A stretch of DNA of 64,000 nt from Lachnospiraceae bacterium (GCA_900771995.1 CAAGQC010000007.1:2852-66851); one strand, 5' to 3'; shown: positions 28,601 to 40,100, numbered from the stretch's first letter. Numbers and translations are program-made. Notes: generated from the sequence alone by a model not told the origin.

Positions 28601-30199
28601 ATGTATCAGCTGTTAATCGTAGATGATGAACCTCTGGTTCAGGCAGGGATCCGTTCCATGCTGAACTGGAACGAAATGAATATCGAGATCTGCGGTACCG
28701 CCATGAACGGTCAGGCCGCGCTGAAGATCATCGAGGAGAAATCTCCGGACATTGTGATCACGGATATCAAAATGCCGGTCATGGGCGGTCTGGAGCTGGC
28801 GAAAGTATGCAGGGAACGCTACGGGGAGAACTGCCCTTATTTTATCATTCTCACCAGCTACGAGGATTTCCAGATGGCAAGGGATGCTCTGTCTTATCAG
28901 GTCTCCGATTATCTGGTCAAGCTGGAACTGACCCCGGAGGTACTGAAAAATGCCATTGACCGGGTGCTTTCCCAGATCTCCCAGTCCCGCAAAAAGCAGC
29001 TTTCCGCCGTGAATATCCATCCCTTTTATGATAAGTTTCTGATCAGTCTCCTGCATGATCTGTTCGAATCTGAAGAGCAGTTCCAACTGCAGAGCCGGGA
29101 TCTGAATCTGAATTTTGACTACGGAGCTTATATATGCTGTTACGGCGAGATTCTCAGCCCTCAGGCAGACCAGTTATCTGCTGAGCAACAGATTTCCCTG
29201 TTCACCAGTTCCCTGCAGATGATCCGGGAACTGGGTGGAAAATATCTGCCCCTATACGCACTGTCCCTGGATCTGCGGCATTTTGCACTGATCTTCTGTT
29301 TTGCAGATTCCGCAGATACCGAGGATTATGTGGAAAGTCTGACGGACATTCTGCAGAACATCAGCGGCACCCTGCAAAATTATTATAATGTCACTCTGCG
29401 CTGTGGTATTGGTCTGCCGGTGCAGACTCCCGGCACGATCTGCGACTCTTACCAGTATGCAAGACAGATCTTCCAGAACACAGAAAGCAATGCTTCCATC
29501 GTTGCCTTCGGTATGGATCATTCCCGGGAAAATGCGAAGAATTCCTTTAATATCAGCCTGTTCAAGAACGATCTTACCCGGGCTTTCGAGGAATACGATC
29601 CGGATATTCTTAAGAACACGATCCAGTCCCTCTGTGATCTGTTCCGGGATCATCCGGGGCATTATGTACAGGCGCTGGATGCCGCCAGCAATATCCTGTA
29701 TCTGTCTATTTCCCTGCTGCAGAACGGAGAGACGACGGTCTCCGGCTTCTTTGCTGAGGATCCGGACGGCTACCGCTCCCTGTATAAGCAGTCCAACGTG
29801 GATCATGTGATCCAGTGGCTGCAGTTTTTCTGCGAAAAACTGTGCGAATTGTTCCAGACCCGTCGGAAAGATTACAAGAACCACATTGTGACCAACGTCC
29901 GGAAATACATCAACGAGCATGTCCGCGAGCGTCTGTCCCTGAATGAAGTGGCGGCGGTCTTCGGCATCAGCCCGAATTACTTAAGCCAGCTGTTCAGCAA
30001 ATACAACGATACCGGATTCAGCGAATATATCAACATCTGCAAGGTCACGGAAGCCAAGCGGCTGCTGGAAGAGGAAAATATGAAGGTCTATGAGGCCGCG
30101 GAGGCTCTGGGCTTCGAGAGTGCCTTTTATTTCAGCAAAGTGTTCAAACGGGTGGAGGGTGTCTCCCCCACAGAATACGTCAACAGCAAATTCAATTAA
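28601..30199 (+). CDS. YesN-type response regulator (receiver + AraC HTH)
   Basis: IVDDE, TDIKMP; C-terminal YLSQLF...GF.SAFYFSKVFK. Confidence 0.95.
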   Translation: MYQLLIVDDEPLVQAGIRSMLNWNEMNIEICGTAMNGQAALKIIEEKSPDIVITDIKMPVMGGLELAKVCRERYGENCPYFIILTSYEDFQMARDALSYQVSDYLVKLELTPEVLKNAIDRVLSQISQSRKKQLSAVNIHPFYDKFLISLLHDLFESEEQFQLQSRDLNLNFDYGAYICCYGEILSPQADQLSAEQQISLFTSSLQMIRELGGKYLPLYALSLDLRHFALIFCFADSADTEDYVESLTDILQNISGTLQNYYNVTLRCGIGLPVQTPGTICDSYQYARQIFQNTESNASIVAFGMDHSRENAKNSFNISLFKNDLTRAFEEYDPDILKNTIQSLCDLFRDHPGHYVQALDAASNILYLSISLLQNGETTVSGFFAEDPDGYRSLYKQSNVDHVIQWLQFFCEKLCELFQTRRKDYKNHIVTNVRKYINEHVRERLSLNEVAAVFGISPNYLSQLFSKYNDTGFSEYINICKVTEAKRLLEEENMKVYEAAEALGFESAFYFSKVFKRVEGVSPTEYVNSKFN

Positions 30200-30259
30200 C
30201 GGTTGTTACAGTTTGTCCCTTATGGGGAATTACGAATATGGAAGGATAGGATCAGGAAA

Positions 30260-32191
30260 ATGAATTCACAAACGGTAAATATAGAAAAGCGTTTTTTAGA
30301 GACAGCAAAAACATTTCACGGAAACTGCCACCCTTTTCAGCCTTTTCCCAAGGCTGCGGATCGGAAGGCTTACGAGGCACTCCCGGCAGCCCTGAAGGAA
30401 CGTCTGACACAGGCCGGAGAGGCAAAGCTGGGCTATGCATTCCCGGTGATCCGCGCCACGGATTATATGCGATTTAAAAAAGATGGCGACCGTGCCGCCT
30501 TCGAAGCGCTCTATTTCGGCAAACGCAATGCGCTGAACGATCTGATACAGGCCGAATGTGTAGAGCATCAGGGTCGTTTTCTGGATGACATCCTCAACGG
30601 CATCTATTCCATCTGTGAAGAGACCGCCTGGCAGCTTCCGGCCCACAATTCCTATATCCGGGACACGCCGCAGCTGATCCTGCCGGATGTCACCAGACCC
30701 GTCATGGATCTGTTCGCCTGCGAGACCGGCGCACTGCTGGCCTGTGCGGCTTATCTGCTGGAGGAGGAGTTCAACGCTGTCAGCCCCTTTGTGCTGACCT
30801 GTATAGAAGATAATCTGAAACGCCGGATTCTGCTGCCCTATCTGACCGCCCATTTCTGGTGGATGGGTCAGGGGGCGGAGCCCATGTGCAACTGGACCGT
30901 ATGGTGTACACAGAATGTGTTGCTGACCACGTTCCTGATGCCCTGGAGTGAGGAGATGTCTTCCCTGCTGACGGCTCCGGTGGGGGCTCTTTGCGGGAAT
31001 GTTCCATTGTTCCTGCCGGAAGGGGTATCTGACACATCTGTCACATTACCGGCTATTTTGTGTAAAGCCGCAGAAAGCTGCGATTATTTCCTCAAGGATT
31101 ACGGTACCGACGGTTGCTGCGAAGAAGGTGCCCAGTACTATCGTCACGCAGGCCTGTGCCTCTACGGTGCCATGACCGTACTGAATACCGTTACCGACGG
31201 ACATTTTGCCTCCCTGTTCCAATGGGAGAAGGTGAAAAATATTGCAGCCTATATTCTGAATGTGCATGTAGATGATAAGTATTATTTTAATTTCGCTGAC
31301 TGCTCTCCCATCGCCGGTCGTGCCGGGGTACGGGAATATCTCTTCGGCAAGGCCACCGAGCAGGAGGACCTGTGCCTGTTCGCCGCAAAAGATTTTCAAG
31401 CAGGACAGGGACAGCTGATCACCGATGAAGTGAACGGCGGGAATCTGTTCTACCGCATGCAGACCGCATTTCATTATGAAGAATTGATGGCACAGGATAT
31501 TTCTGCCACATTGCCCCACCGGGATGTCTATTACCCCAGTGTCGGACTATTCCTCGTGCATTCCGATACTCTGGATCTGGCAGTCAAGGCCGGGGACAAT
31601 GCTGACAGCCATAACCACAACGACACCGGAAGCATTACCTTATATAAAAACGGTCTGCCGATTCTGGTGGACATCGGTGTGGAGACTTACACCCAGAAGA
31701 CCTTTTCTCCCAGACGTTACGAGATCTGGACCATGCAGTCCGGTTATCACAACCTGCCTACGATCTGCGGTACGGATCAGAAGGACGGAGAGGAATACCG
31801 TGCAGAAAATGTAATTACGGAACTGCGTTCCACAGAGCCCTCTGTTTCCATGGAACTGGCTGCTGCCTATCCCGCCGCGCAGGCCACTGTGCCGGATCTG
31901 ACCTATGTCCGCAAGGTGATTTTAAAAAAGACTTCCAACACTGTCGTATTGGAAGACCGCACAAATGCAGAAGATGTTATTCTTAATTTTATTACTTATG
32001 AAAAACCTGTTATTCTTTCTGACGGTAAACTCTCCATCGGAGAAGCGGTTGCCTCCTTCGAAGGGGCCGAGCTGCTTACCACCGAGACCCTGCCCATCAC
32101 CGATGCCCGCCTGAAAACCGCATGGGATCATGATCTGTACCGGATCCGGCTGAGAATGTCCGGAACTGATTTTAAACTTATCATAAAATAA
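30260..32191 (+). CDS. Heparinase II/III-like polysaccharide lyase (PL33-like candidate)
   Basis: ICEETAWQLPAH, DLF..ET, NWT.W, DG.C.EG..Y, SHNHND.GS, D.G...Y, S.YHN.P; no signal peptide. Confidence 0.85.
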   Translation: MNSQTVNIEKRFLETAKTFHGNCHPFQPFPKAADRKAYEALPAALKERLTQAGEAKLGYAFPVIRATDYMRFKKDGDRAAFEALYFGKRNALNDLIQAECVEHQGRFLDDILNGIYSICEETAWQLPAHNSYIRDTPQLILPDVTRPVMDLFACETGALLACAAYLLEEEFNAVSPFVLTCIEDNLKRRILLPYLTAHFWWMGQGAEPMCNWTVWCTQNVLLTTFLMPWSEEMSSLLTAPVGALCGNVPLFLPEGVSDTSVTLPAILCKAAESCDYFLKDYGTDGCCEEGAQYYRHAGLCLYGAMTVLNTVTDGHFASLFQWEKVKNIAAYILNVHVDDKYYFNFADCSPIAGRAGVREYLFGKATEQEDLCLFAAKDFQAGQGQLITDEVNGGNLFYRMQTAFHYEELMAQDISATLPHRDVYYPSVGLFLVHSDTLDLAVKAGDNADSHNHNDTGSITLYKNGLPILVDIGVETYTQKTFSPRRYEIWTMQSGYHNLPTICGTDQKDGEEYRAENVITELRSTEPSVSMELAAAYPAAQATVPDLTYVRKVILKKTSNTVVLEDRTNAEDVILNFITYEKPVILSDGKLSIGEAVASFEGAELLTTETLPITDARLKTAWDHDLYRIRLRMSGTDFKLIIK

Positions 32192-32195
32192 CAGA

Positions 32196-32234
32196 ATCCC
32201 GAGTGCTTCTTTTCGAAAGCACTCGGAATTTTTC
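32196..32234. terminator. Hairpin between convergent genes
   Basis: CCGAGTGCTT...AAGCACTCGG followed by T-run. Confidence 0.7.
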
Positions 32235-32256
32235 TTGTTTTACTATTCCATTGCAT

Positions 32257-33609
32257 CTACTGAAGTACACTCAGATCAATCGAGTAAATATATTCTTCTA
32301 TTTTCTCTTTTTCCAGAAATCCGATCATATAAATCGGCAAATACGTGACTTTTCCCAGGGAACTAATATTCTCATTACAAAATACCAATGCCTGCGGAAT
32401 TGCATATCTTTCGTCTTTCAGTACATTGTCCAAAGCATTATGCCTTGTGTACGCTTTCCCTGACTTTATCTCCAGCGGCAGTACATTTCCCTGATATTCT
32501 ATGACAAAGTCCAATTCTCCCTGCTTCTTATTGTTAAAATAATACAGTTCAAATCCATGTGCCTTTAACTCCTGTGCCGCAACATTTTCATAAATGGCGC
32601 CAAAGTTAATGTCTTTTTCCCTGTTTAATATCTTAAGCTGTAACCCATCCACATACATGGATGCCAACAATCCGACATCTGACAGGAACAATTTAAACAG
32701 GTTCGTAGATTTCGAAAGAAGCAACGGTATCTCCGGTTCCTGCACACAATATACGGGGAGTGCCACACCGGCTTCTTTCAGCCAGATAAAGCTGTTTTCG
32801 TATCGGGAGAAACGGAAATTCTCATTGAGATCCTTCATAATGAACCGTTTATTTTTATTATTCAGTTCACTGGGAATCAAAGTAAATATTTCATCCAGAT
32901 ACAGTTTATTATCTTTATCATATTTTTCGATATCCTTGTAATAGAGTTGTACAATTCCCTGCTGGATCCGCAACACTTCCTTTAAATTATTCGTGCGTAT
33001 ATAAGCGTTAACCACAGCCGGCATTCCGCCTACGATCAGATACAGCCGAAACAGTTCCATCATTTTTTCATGGATCAGATCATCCACCGGCTGCTTTTTT
33101 TCAAAGCATTCTTTCAGATTATCCATGACTGTCTGTGACACTCTGTTCGCCTTACAGAATTCCTGAAAATCCAGCGGATACATTTCCAGAATAGACAAAT
33201 ATCCAACCGGTACCGAACGGATATCCTTTAGTTCCACACCGAGCAACGATCCGCTCAGGATATAACGGTATTGTCCGTCTTCTACCAGAAACTTTATTGC
33301 CGTTACGATCTCCGGGCATTCTTGTACTTCATCGAAAAAAATCAGTGTCTGTCCGGGAATCATTGGTACATCTGTCAATACTGAAAGTCGAAGCAAAATG
33401 TCTTTGCTGTCCGTAATATTTTCAAACAGTTTCACTGCCTGATGATTCTCCACAAAGTTGATCTCTACAATATTCTTATAAATCTCTCTGGCGCATTTCC
33501 GGATAATATAGGTCTTTCCTACCTGTCTTGCTCCGGTGATCATCAATGCCTCTTTCCGGTCACTTTTGAGAAAATCCCGGATTTCCTGTCCTATACGTCT
33601 CTCCAGCAT
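32257..33609 (-). CDS. AAA_14 + DUF4143 ATPase
   Basis: GARQVGKT, FFDEVQ, SGS, PLDF.EF, VGGMP, D.GL, ENV, ELDF...P.EIKSG; lower GC than neighbours. Confidence 0.92.
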   Translation of the reverse strand: MLERRIGQEIRDFLKSDRKEALMITGARQVGKTYIIRKCAREIYKNIVEINFVENHQAVKLFENITDSKDILLRLSVLTDVPMIPGQTLIFFDEVQECPEIVTAIKFLVEDGQYRYILSGSLLGVELKDIRSVPVGYLSILEMYPLDFQEFCKANRVSQTVMDNLKECFEKKQPVDDLIHEKMMELFRLYLIVGGMPAVVNAYIRTNNLKEVLRIQQGIVQLYYKDIEKYDKDNKLYLDEIFTLIPSELNNKNKRFIMKDLNENFRFSRYENSFIWLKEAGVALPVYCVQEPEIPLLLSKSTNLFKLFLSDVGLLASMYVDGLQLKILNREKDINFGAIYENVAAQELKAHGFELYYFNNKKQGELDFVIEYQGNVLPLEIKSGKAYTRHNALDNVLKDERYAIPQALVFCNENISSLGKVTYLPIYMIGFLEKEKIEEYIYSIDLSVLQ

Positions 33610-33664
33610 CAGCCTTCACCTCTTCACCCTTACTTTTTGAAGCTTTGATAATATCAGTATGCCA

Positions 33665-33747
33665 TATTTTCCGTTTTTCCACAATAATTTAATCCGATTT
33701 TGTACACTTTTCCAACATATTTTTAGTTCTTTTTGTACACTTTTCCA
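33665..33747. repeat. Three direct repeats with a 33-bp period upstream of the DUF4143 ATPase
   Basis: TTTTGTACACTTTTCCA at 33698 and 33731 (identical); degenerate TATTTTCCGTTTTTCCA at 33665. Confidence 0.8.
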
Positions 33748-33756
33748 TCCCAATTA

Positions 33757-33790
33757 AAAACAGGACCGGTAAATGCCTGTCCTGTTTCTG
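33757..33790 (-). terminator. Terminator of the IclR-controlled operon
   Basis: AAACAGGAC...GTCCTGTTT inverted repeat just after yhcH-like stop. Confidence 0.6.
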
Positions 33791-33802
33791 TTTTCCGCCT
33801 TG

Positions 33803-34264
33803 TTATAATGCGATCTTGAATACCGCTTTTTTCACTTTACCGGCTTCGCCTGACCGGACGCAGGGTTTGTGCGCCTCTCCCGGGAGGAGTATGGCCAGTT
33901 CCCCTGCACGCAGATCCAACAGGGATGCTTTGCCATCCTTCCAGAACCGGATATCTGCCTCCGGATCGTACTCGGTATCCGGCGTGGGAAGTGGCTGCTC
34001 TGTTACCCAGATCTGCTCCCTTCCCTGCAGAATACACTGGATATCCGCATATCTTTTATGTGTCTCAAAGCGGCAGTCCCCGCAGGGCTTTGTCTCGTAC
34101 TCCTGGATGCTGACATAGATCCGCTCCCCGTCGATAACGTATTTTCCGCAGGACAGTGCCGCCAGATCCCGGGAGTTTACATATTCGCTTATCTTCTCTA
34201 TGCACTCTGCCGGTATTCCGGCTTCGGAATACTGCAGCAGAGCGTCCATATAACCTTTGACCAT
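33803..34264 (-). CDS. YhcH/YjgK/YiaL (NanQ/TabA-like) protein
   Basis: FE.H..YADIQ..L.G.E, YD...DI.F, PGEAHKP, VKKAVFKI. Confidence 0.9.
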   Translation of the reverse strand: MVKGYMDALLQYSEAGIPAECIEKISEYVNSRDLAALSCGKYVIDGERIYVSIQEYETKPCGDCRFETHKRYADIQCILQGREQIWVTEQPLPTPDTEYDPEADIRFWKDGKASLLDLRAGELAILLPGEAHKPCVRSGEAGKVKKAVFKIAL

Positions 34265-34285
34265 TGCTTATCCCTCCCGGCCGTT

Positions 34286-36082
34286 TTATTTATACATGGG
34301 ACCGTATGCAGCACAGGCACGATAATCCTGTCCCTCTTTGTCCATTCCGAAGGCATTCCAGGATGCCGGACGGAAGATCTTCTCCTCCGGTACGTTGTGC
34401 ATGCTTACCGGGATACGCAGCATGGAGCACAGGGTGATCAGATCGGCACCTACATGTCCGTAGCTGATGGCTCCGTGATTGGCTCCCCAGTTGTTCATAA
34501 CATCATAGGCACTCTTGAAAGGTCCCTCTTTTCCGTTGCATCTGGGTGCGAACCAGGTGCAGGGCCAGGTGTAATCCGTGCGCTTCCATAAGGTGTCTGT
34601 CACTTCTTCCGGCAGCTTCACCGTCCAGCCTTCTGCGATCTGTAAGGTGGGGCCGACGCCTTTGACCAGATTCAGACGGATCATGGTCACGGGCATCTGT
34701 GCCTCTGTCACGAAACGGGAGGAATAACCGCCTCCGCGGAAATAGCCGAAATCTGCCTCACTCCAGGTCGTTGCTTCCAGCATTGCCTTCTGATCCTCTT
34801 CCGTTACTTCGTACCAGGGCTTCATGACAGAGTTACCCTCCGCATCCCTGGCCTGTCCGCTGGCATCCAGACATGCCGCACCGGAATTGATCAGATGGAT
34901 AAATCCGCCTGCTTCCTTCGCCACTCCTTCGACATCATAACCGGTTGCTTTCTTCACGGCCTCCGGACTCCAGTAAGTACGAACATCCGCAAAAATCTGT
35001 GCACGGTTGGTCAGAAGCTTCAAGAACAGCATTCCCAGTCCGTTTAATACGTCATTCTCCGTCGCAAGGATATAAGGCTCTCTTGCACCGTTCCAGTCAA
35101 AAGTAGTATTCAGCATTGCCTCGGCAAAATCCGTATTGGGATAGTAATCTGTCCACTGTCTCTGTCCCTGGAAGCCTGCGGCAATGGCATTGTGTCCCAC
35201 CATTTCCTCTTCTCTTCCGGCGGGTAATCTGTCATTACCGTTCATCAGATCCTTGATGATGCACATGGTCTTTACAACGAATTTCCAGTCCTTTTCCTTC
35301 TCTTCGGGAGTCTTCTGGATCTCTGCCGGATTCTTGTCCAGCCCGTCCGGACAATGTTCTCTCGTCCACTTATAAGCCTTTTCGAACTCATCCTTGTCAT
35401 AAATTTCCTGCTGGATACGGCGCAAGATCTCCACTTCATCCACGGATTCCACGCGCATTCCCAGGTATTCCTCAATGAATGCAGGATCGATAATGGATCC
35501 GCCGATACCCATGCAGATAGAACCGATCTGCAGATAGGATTTGCCTCTCATGGTAGCCACAGCTACGGCTGCACGTCCGAAACGCAGCAGCTTCTCCTGT
35601 ACGCCTTCCGGAATCTTGGTAGCATCTGCTTCCTGCACATCATGTCCATAGATGCCGAATGCAGGCAGTCCCTTCTGGGCATGTGTTGCCAATACGGATG
35701 CAAGGTATACGGCACCGGGTCTCTCCGTACCATTGAATCCCCAGACACCCTTTATCGTGTTAGGCGACATATCCATGGTCTCCGCACCGTAACACCAGCA
35801 GGGTGTCACCGTCAGAGTAATGGCAACGCCCTCTGATTCAAAATAGTCTGCACATTTTGCCGCTTCTGCCACACGTCCGATGGTGGTAGGAGAAATCACT
35901 ACCTTTACCGGCTCTCCGTTGCTGTAACGAAGATTTTCTTCGAACAGCTTTTTCGCAGAAGAAGCCATATTCATGGTCTGTTCTTCCAACGAGCCTCTTA
36001 CATTCAGATAACCCCGTCTCGCATCGATCACGGGGCGGATTCCGATCACCGGATATTTTCCTATGTATCTGTTTTCAGCCAT
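34286..36082 (-). CDS. fucI: L-fucose isomerase / D-arabinose isomerase
   Basis: [63 protein letters not shown]. Confidence 0.95.
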   Translation of the reverse strand: MAENRYIGKYPVIGIRPVIDARRGYLNVRGSLEEQTMNMASSAKKLFEENLRYSNGEPVKVVISPTTIGRVAEAAKCADYFESEGVAITLTVTPCWCYGAETMDMSPNTIKGVWGFNGTERPGAVYLASVLATHAQKGLPAFGIYGHDVQEADATKIPEGVQEKLLRFGRAAVAVATMRGKSYLQIGSICMGIGGSIIDPAFIEEYLGMRVESVDEVEILRRIQQEIYDKDEFEKAYKWTREHCPDGLDKNPAEIQKTPEEKEKDWKFVVKTMCIIKDLMNGNDRLPAGREEEMVGHNAIAAGFQGQRQWTDYYPNTDFAEAMLNTTFDWNGAREPYILATENDVLNGLGMLFLKLLTNRAQIFADVRTYWSPEAVKKATGYDVEGVAKEAGGFIHLINSGAACLDASGQARDAEGNSVMKPWYEVTEEDQKAMLEATTWSEADFGYFRGGGYSSRFVTEAQMPVTMIRLNLVKGVGPTLQIAEGWTVKLPEEVTDTLWKRTDYTWPCTWFAPRCNGKEGPFKSAYDVMNNWGANHGAISYGHVGADLITLCSMLRIPVSMHNVPEEKIFRPASWNAFGMDKEGQDYRACAAYGPMYK

Positions 36083-36181
36083 ATTGTCCTCTTTTCTGCG
36101 CTGCCTCTTCATTCCATTCTGTTTCTTCTCTGTTGCTGCCATGGGACTGCGGTATCAGCGCCGGTACAGTCCAAAGGTTTC

Positions 36182-37108
36182 TTAGCGGGCGATTCCCAGT
36201 TCGGCCTCTACCTCTGCGGACAGGCGGATAAGCTGTTCCGCCTCCATCCGCTGTGCGACAGTCAGTTTCTTCCAGTCTACTCTTCTGCTGTGCAGCGTCA
36301 TGGGAACTCCCATTTTCTGTAAGGCGTATTTCGCATTCACGGGATAGTTGCTGTTCTCGATCAGAGAGCACATAGTCAGCAGATCCGTCACTTTCCGGGC
36401 TTTTTCAGGCTGTGCGGCGTAGTTTTTGCACAACCAGCTGTACAGTCTGGGATGGAAATTCGCCATGACTCCGCTGTATCCTGCGGCTCCCTCCTGCAAT
36501 GATTCCAGTAATGTCGCAGTATTGGCATTGTAAAGCTTCAGATTGCTTCCCTGGATCAGCTGCAATTTTTCGCTCATGCTCGCCATATCGCAGCTGGTAT
36601 CTTTCAGGAAGTAGAATCTCTCACTGTCTACCAGGAACTTCACCACTTCTTTGCTCAGCACTCTCTTGTAGGGATAAGGACATTCATAAAATCCAAGAGG
36701 CAGATCCTTCGGAAGCTGTTCCATCAGTGTCTGCAGCCTTTCGATCATTACCTGATCGGACTCCTGCTGTGCGGCAGGCCTGTTGGAGATCAGGATCAGC
36801 GCGTCGATCCCCGTGTCTGCCATGTGCTTCAGTTCTTCCACCTGATCCTCCATGGAATCAGAAATATGTCCGGATGCGATCACCGGTTTCCCGTTCGCAT
36901 ACTTTTTCACAGCCGTTGCAATTTTGCAGCGTTCTTCCAGTGTCAGCTGGAACATTTCGCTGGACTGACATACCGCAAACAGTCCGTCACAGTCATTTTC
37001 AAAATACCATTCTGTCAGTTTCTCCAGTGCCGGATAGTCAATTTTATTATCCTCCGTATAAGGAGTCAGCATCACCGGCCATACTCCATTAGGAAATTCG
37101 TTTTTCAT
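36182..37108 (-). CDS. DHDPS/NanA-family class I pyruvate aldolase
   Basis: PVMLTPY, GLFAVCQSSE (variant of GxxGE), YECP, LKDTS Schiff-base Lys. Confidence 0.88.
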   Translation of the reverse strand: MKNEFPNGVWPVMLTPYTEDNKIDYPALEKLTEWYFENDCDGLFAVCQSSEMFQLTLEERCKIATAVKKYANGKPVIASGHISDSMEDQVEELKHMADTGIDALILISNRPAAQQESDQVMIERLQTLMEQLPKDLPLGFYECPYPYKRVLSKEVVKFLVDSERFYFLKDTSCDMASMSEKLQLIQGSNLKLYNANTATLLESLQEGAAGYSGVMANFHPRLYSWLCKNYAAQPEKARKVTDLLTMCSLIENSNYPVNAKYALQKMGVPMTLHSRRVDWKKLTVAQRMEAEQLIRLSAEVEAELGIAR

Positions 37109-37152
37109 TGTATCTCCCATCTGCCCGCCCTGCGGACTTCTTTATTTGTATC

Positions 37153-40100
37153 TTACCTTTCCATCAGTACCGGTGCCTTAAGGATTCCGTAGGGTTCCAC
37201 CTTATATTCCGGTGTATATTTTTCACCGCTGGTACGAAATACAGAATCATTCGTCACTTCCGGTCTGCCTCCTGCGAAGTGAAAAGGACCGAATAAATTC
37301 CGCAAAGAACTGTAAATTTCTATCTCAAGGTGATTGTCACCTTCTTCTAATGCCTCTGTAATGTCGATCATTCCCGCTGCTCTCCAGGGAACTTCATAGG
37401 AAGCCATTCCCAGTCTGACCGTAGCGCAGGTACCCTTGAAATCTTTCAATTTCAAATAGATCCGGCTGTCCGGTCTCCTTTTACAGCTTGGATTCCATCG
37501 AAAATCATACAGATATTTCACGCTGCCCGCATAATGGTACAATCCCTGGGCCGTCCAGTCTCCTACCATCAGCGTGGTCGGTTGTTCCGTAATCTTCCGG
37601 TCTGTGTTTACGCCGAACTCTCCGCAGAGATAACAGTTTTCCAGTTCCATGGAATTACGGTAACGACAGATCAGCCGCAGCCTGTTCTCTCCTTCTGCCC
37701 AGCCCGGAAGCGGAATCCTCTTGATTCCTCTGTCATACAGGCATCCCGTGATCCGTTGCTCCACCGGCTGTCCGTTCAGATAGATCTGAAAATTTTCCGG
37801 ATGTTCGATTGCAAGTTCCGTGTAACCTGTAATTTTTTTCACCGTCTCAAATGTAAATTCCAGTGAGACTTCCGTTCCGTCCGCAGGATGAGGTTCTCTT
37901 ACCCAACGGTAACGCTGTTCTTTTCCAAGGGCTGCTATGGAGCGCATTCCCAGTCCTGTGCGGATCTGTTCCTGTGCCTCCCATACCTGCATCGGTTCCG
38001 ACCAGTGCCCCTCCTGTACACGGTATCTGCAACTATCCAACGTATACAGGTTGGGATCGGTCAGCCGGATCGTTGTCCGTTCCGACAGCACCTGAAGTTC
38101 TGTTTCATCGGCCTCTGCCGTCACTACGCCTGTGCCGGCTGCCTTCCCCGCGGTTTTCTCCATTTTGTCCATTTTCTCCAAGAAAAACAGGCGTGAAGTC
38201 TGTGCTTCCAGCCGTGTCTGAAAAACGGTCTGTCCCTGTCCGGTCACGGCCTCCACCGTTTTATGATTTCCGGTGAGTGCATCCCACTCTTCCACAGAAG
38301 CCTCCACAGGTACGCGAATCTCTACCGCACAGTCTTCCGTCCGGTGATAGTTTGTCACGAACAAAAGCTGTCCTTTTTCCAGGAACTTCTGCAATGCGAT
38401 ACAGCGGGTCTCTTCCCCGTCTCCGTTCCGGATGCTTACGGTCCGCACCCCCGCGTTCTCCAACACTTTTATAAGTTCCTCATCACTGTGTACCGCCACA
38501 CTATTTTTCGCGGTGAACAGTTCTGCAGGGAGGTCACTTTCCATGGCATCCAACAGAATCGGTCCCGGATCTGTCACGATCAGCTGACCGCCCTGTTCCA
38601 CAAATTCTTTCAGAAGTCTGTAGGTACTGCCCAGCATGGTACGGATCTTCGGCAGAACCACTGTCCGGTACTGCATTTCACCCAGAAGCAGTCTGCCCGG
38701 TTCTACAGATCCATACTTCGCCAGCAGGATCTCATCTCCCAGATCGGGGTCCAGATGATGATTGCAAAGCTTTTCCAGCAGCGCATTATATTCCCATCCA
38801 TATTCGTTGACCTTCTGCAGATCACGCTCTTTGCGACGCACAGGATTGCCGTAGGGGCTGGCTCCCATCATGCTCCAGGCCGTAGTCGACGGATGCAGCA
38901 ACAGATACTGCTGGCTGGGAGAACCTTCTTCCAGAGCGGCACTCAGTCGCCCGAAATAGTCTTCCACCACATGATCTTTGCTCCACCAGGGGATATTGTA
39001 GCCGAAGCCCGGAGGACAGTCTCTCTTCCTGCCACCGGTCAGAGAATACAATGACAGGTGCTGGCAGCGCTTATTCACGCCCAGTGCGTATTGCCAGTCT
39101 CCGATATGCCGCTGTCCTTCGAAGGTAAAATCCCATCCGGTCACGCCATAGGTCTCGGAGATGACATTCTTTTTCCCCATCTGGTGCGCCACGCTGACGC
39201 ATTGCTTCACGGTGAGAAATTCTTCCGTCTTGTCCTGGAGGATATCCACTCCGGGAATATCCTCATATTCATACAGCGGCATCGTTGCTCCGCTGACTCT
39301 GGTAGACAGTCCCAGCTTATCCTCCTGAAGAAAATGTCCTGTCATGAGCAGATGGTGCTCTCTGCACCATGCGGCGATCTGTCCGGAATAATTCTCGCTG
39401 AACCGCAGGGCGATGGCATGCCAGTAATCATGTCTTATTTTCGCACTGCCCTCTCCTTCGAAGAAAAACAGCGGGATTCTGTCAACAGGATCATAGCCGT
39501 TCTTCTCCCGGAAATACTCTGCAAATCCATAAGTCCAGGGAATCCAGCTCCGATCCGCTCCAAAAGCGGAATGTGTATCCGCCAGACTGGGTTCATCTGT
39601 AAAAATTCCGGGAATCGTTTTACCGAATTCCTCTCCAAACCGTTCCAGATATTTATCATGGGTCAGATGCAGGAATCTCTGTACCGTATCCGGATTCAGG
39701 TTGTCCACGGGAGTTTCCCCGTTGAACCATTCGCTCTTTGCCGATATTTCCAGGCGCAAAATGAGAAATACCTGTCTGCATCCGGGATGCTGTTTTTTCT
39801 CTTCCGGCTCCGGGACCTCTGTCATGGCAGCTTCCAACCGTTTCAGAAAATAAATGGCATCTCCCTGTACCAATGCGGTAAATACTGCAATAAGGTGTTT
39901 CTCCTGCCATACCGCAGGATCACAGGTATCGCATACCTGCAGAGTCAACCCTTTCAGGCGATAGGCATCTCCTCCGGCCGCCACCATTCCTCCGGCATTA
40001 CCGGAGGGCCAGCGGTCATCATCGTACAGCCAGGCCGCTATGCCCAGCTGTTTTGCTTCATCCACCGCTGCCTCCACGCAGTCCATCCATTCTCTGCCCA

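Noticed and set aside
33665..33747. Repeat-spacer pattern as a CRISPR array
   Set aside because: 17-bp repeats and 16-bp spacers are too short, there are only 2-3 units, and no cas genes are present
34286..36082. Classical fucose operon
   Set aside because: No fuculokinase, fuculose-phosphate aldolase, mutarotase or fucosidase in the cluster; fucose use via genes elsewhere is not excluded
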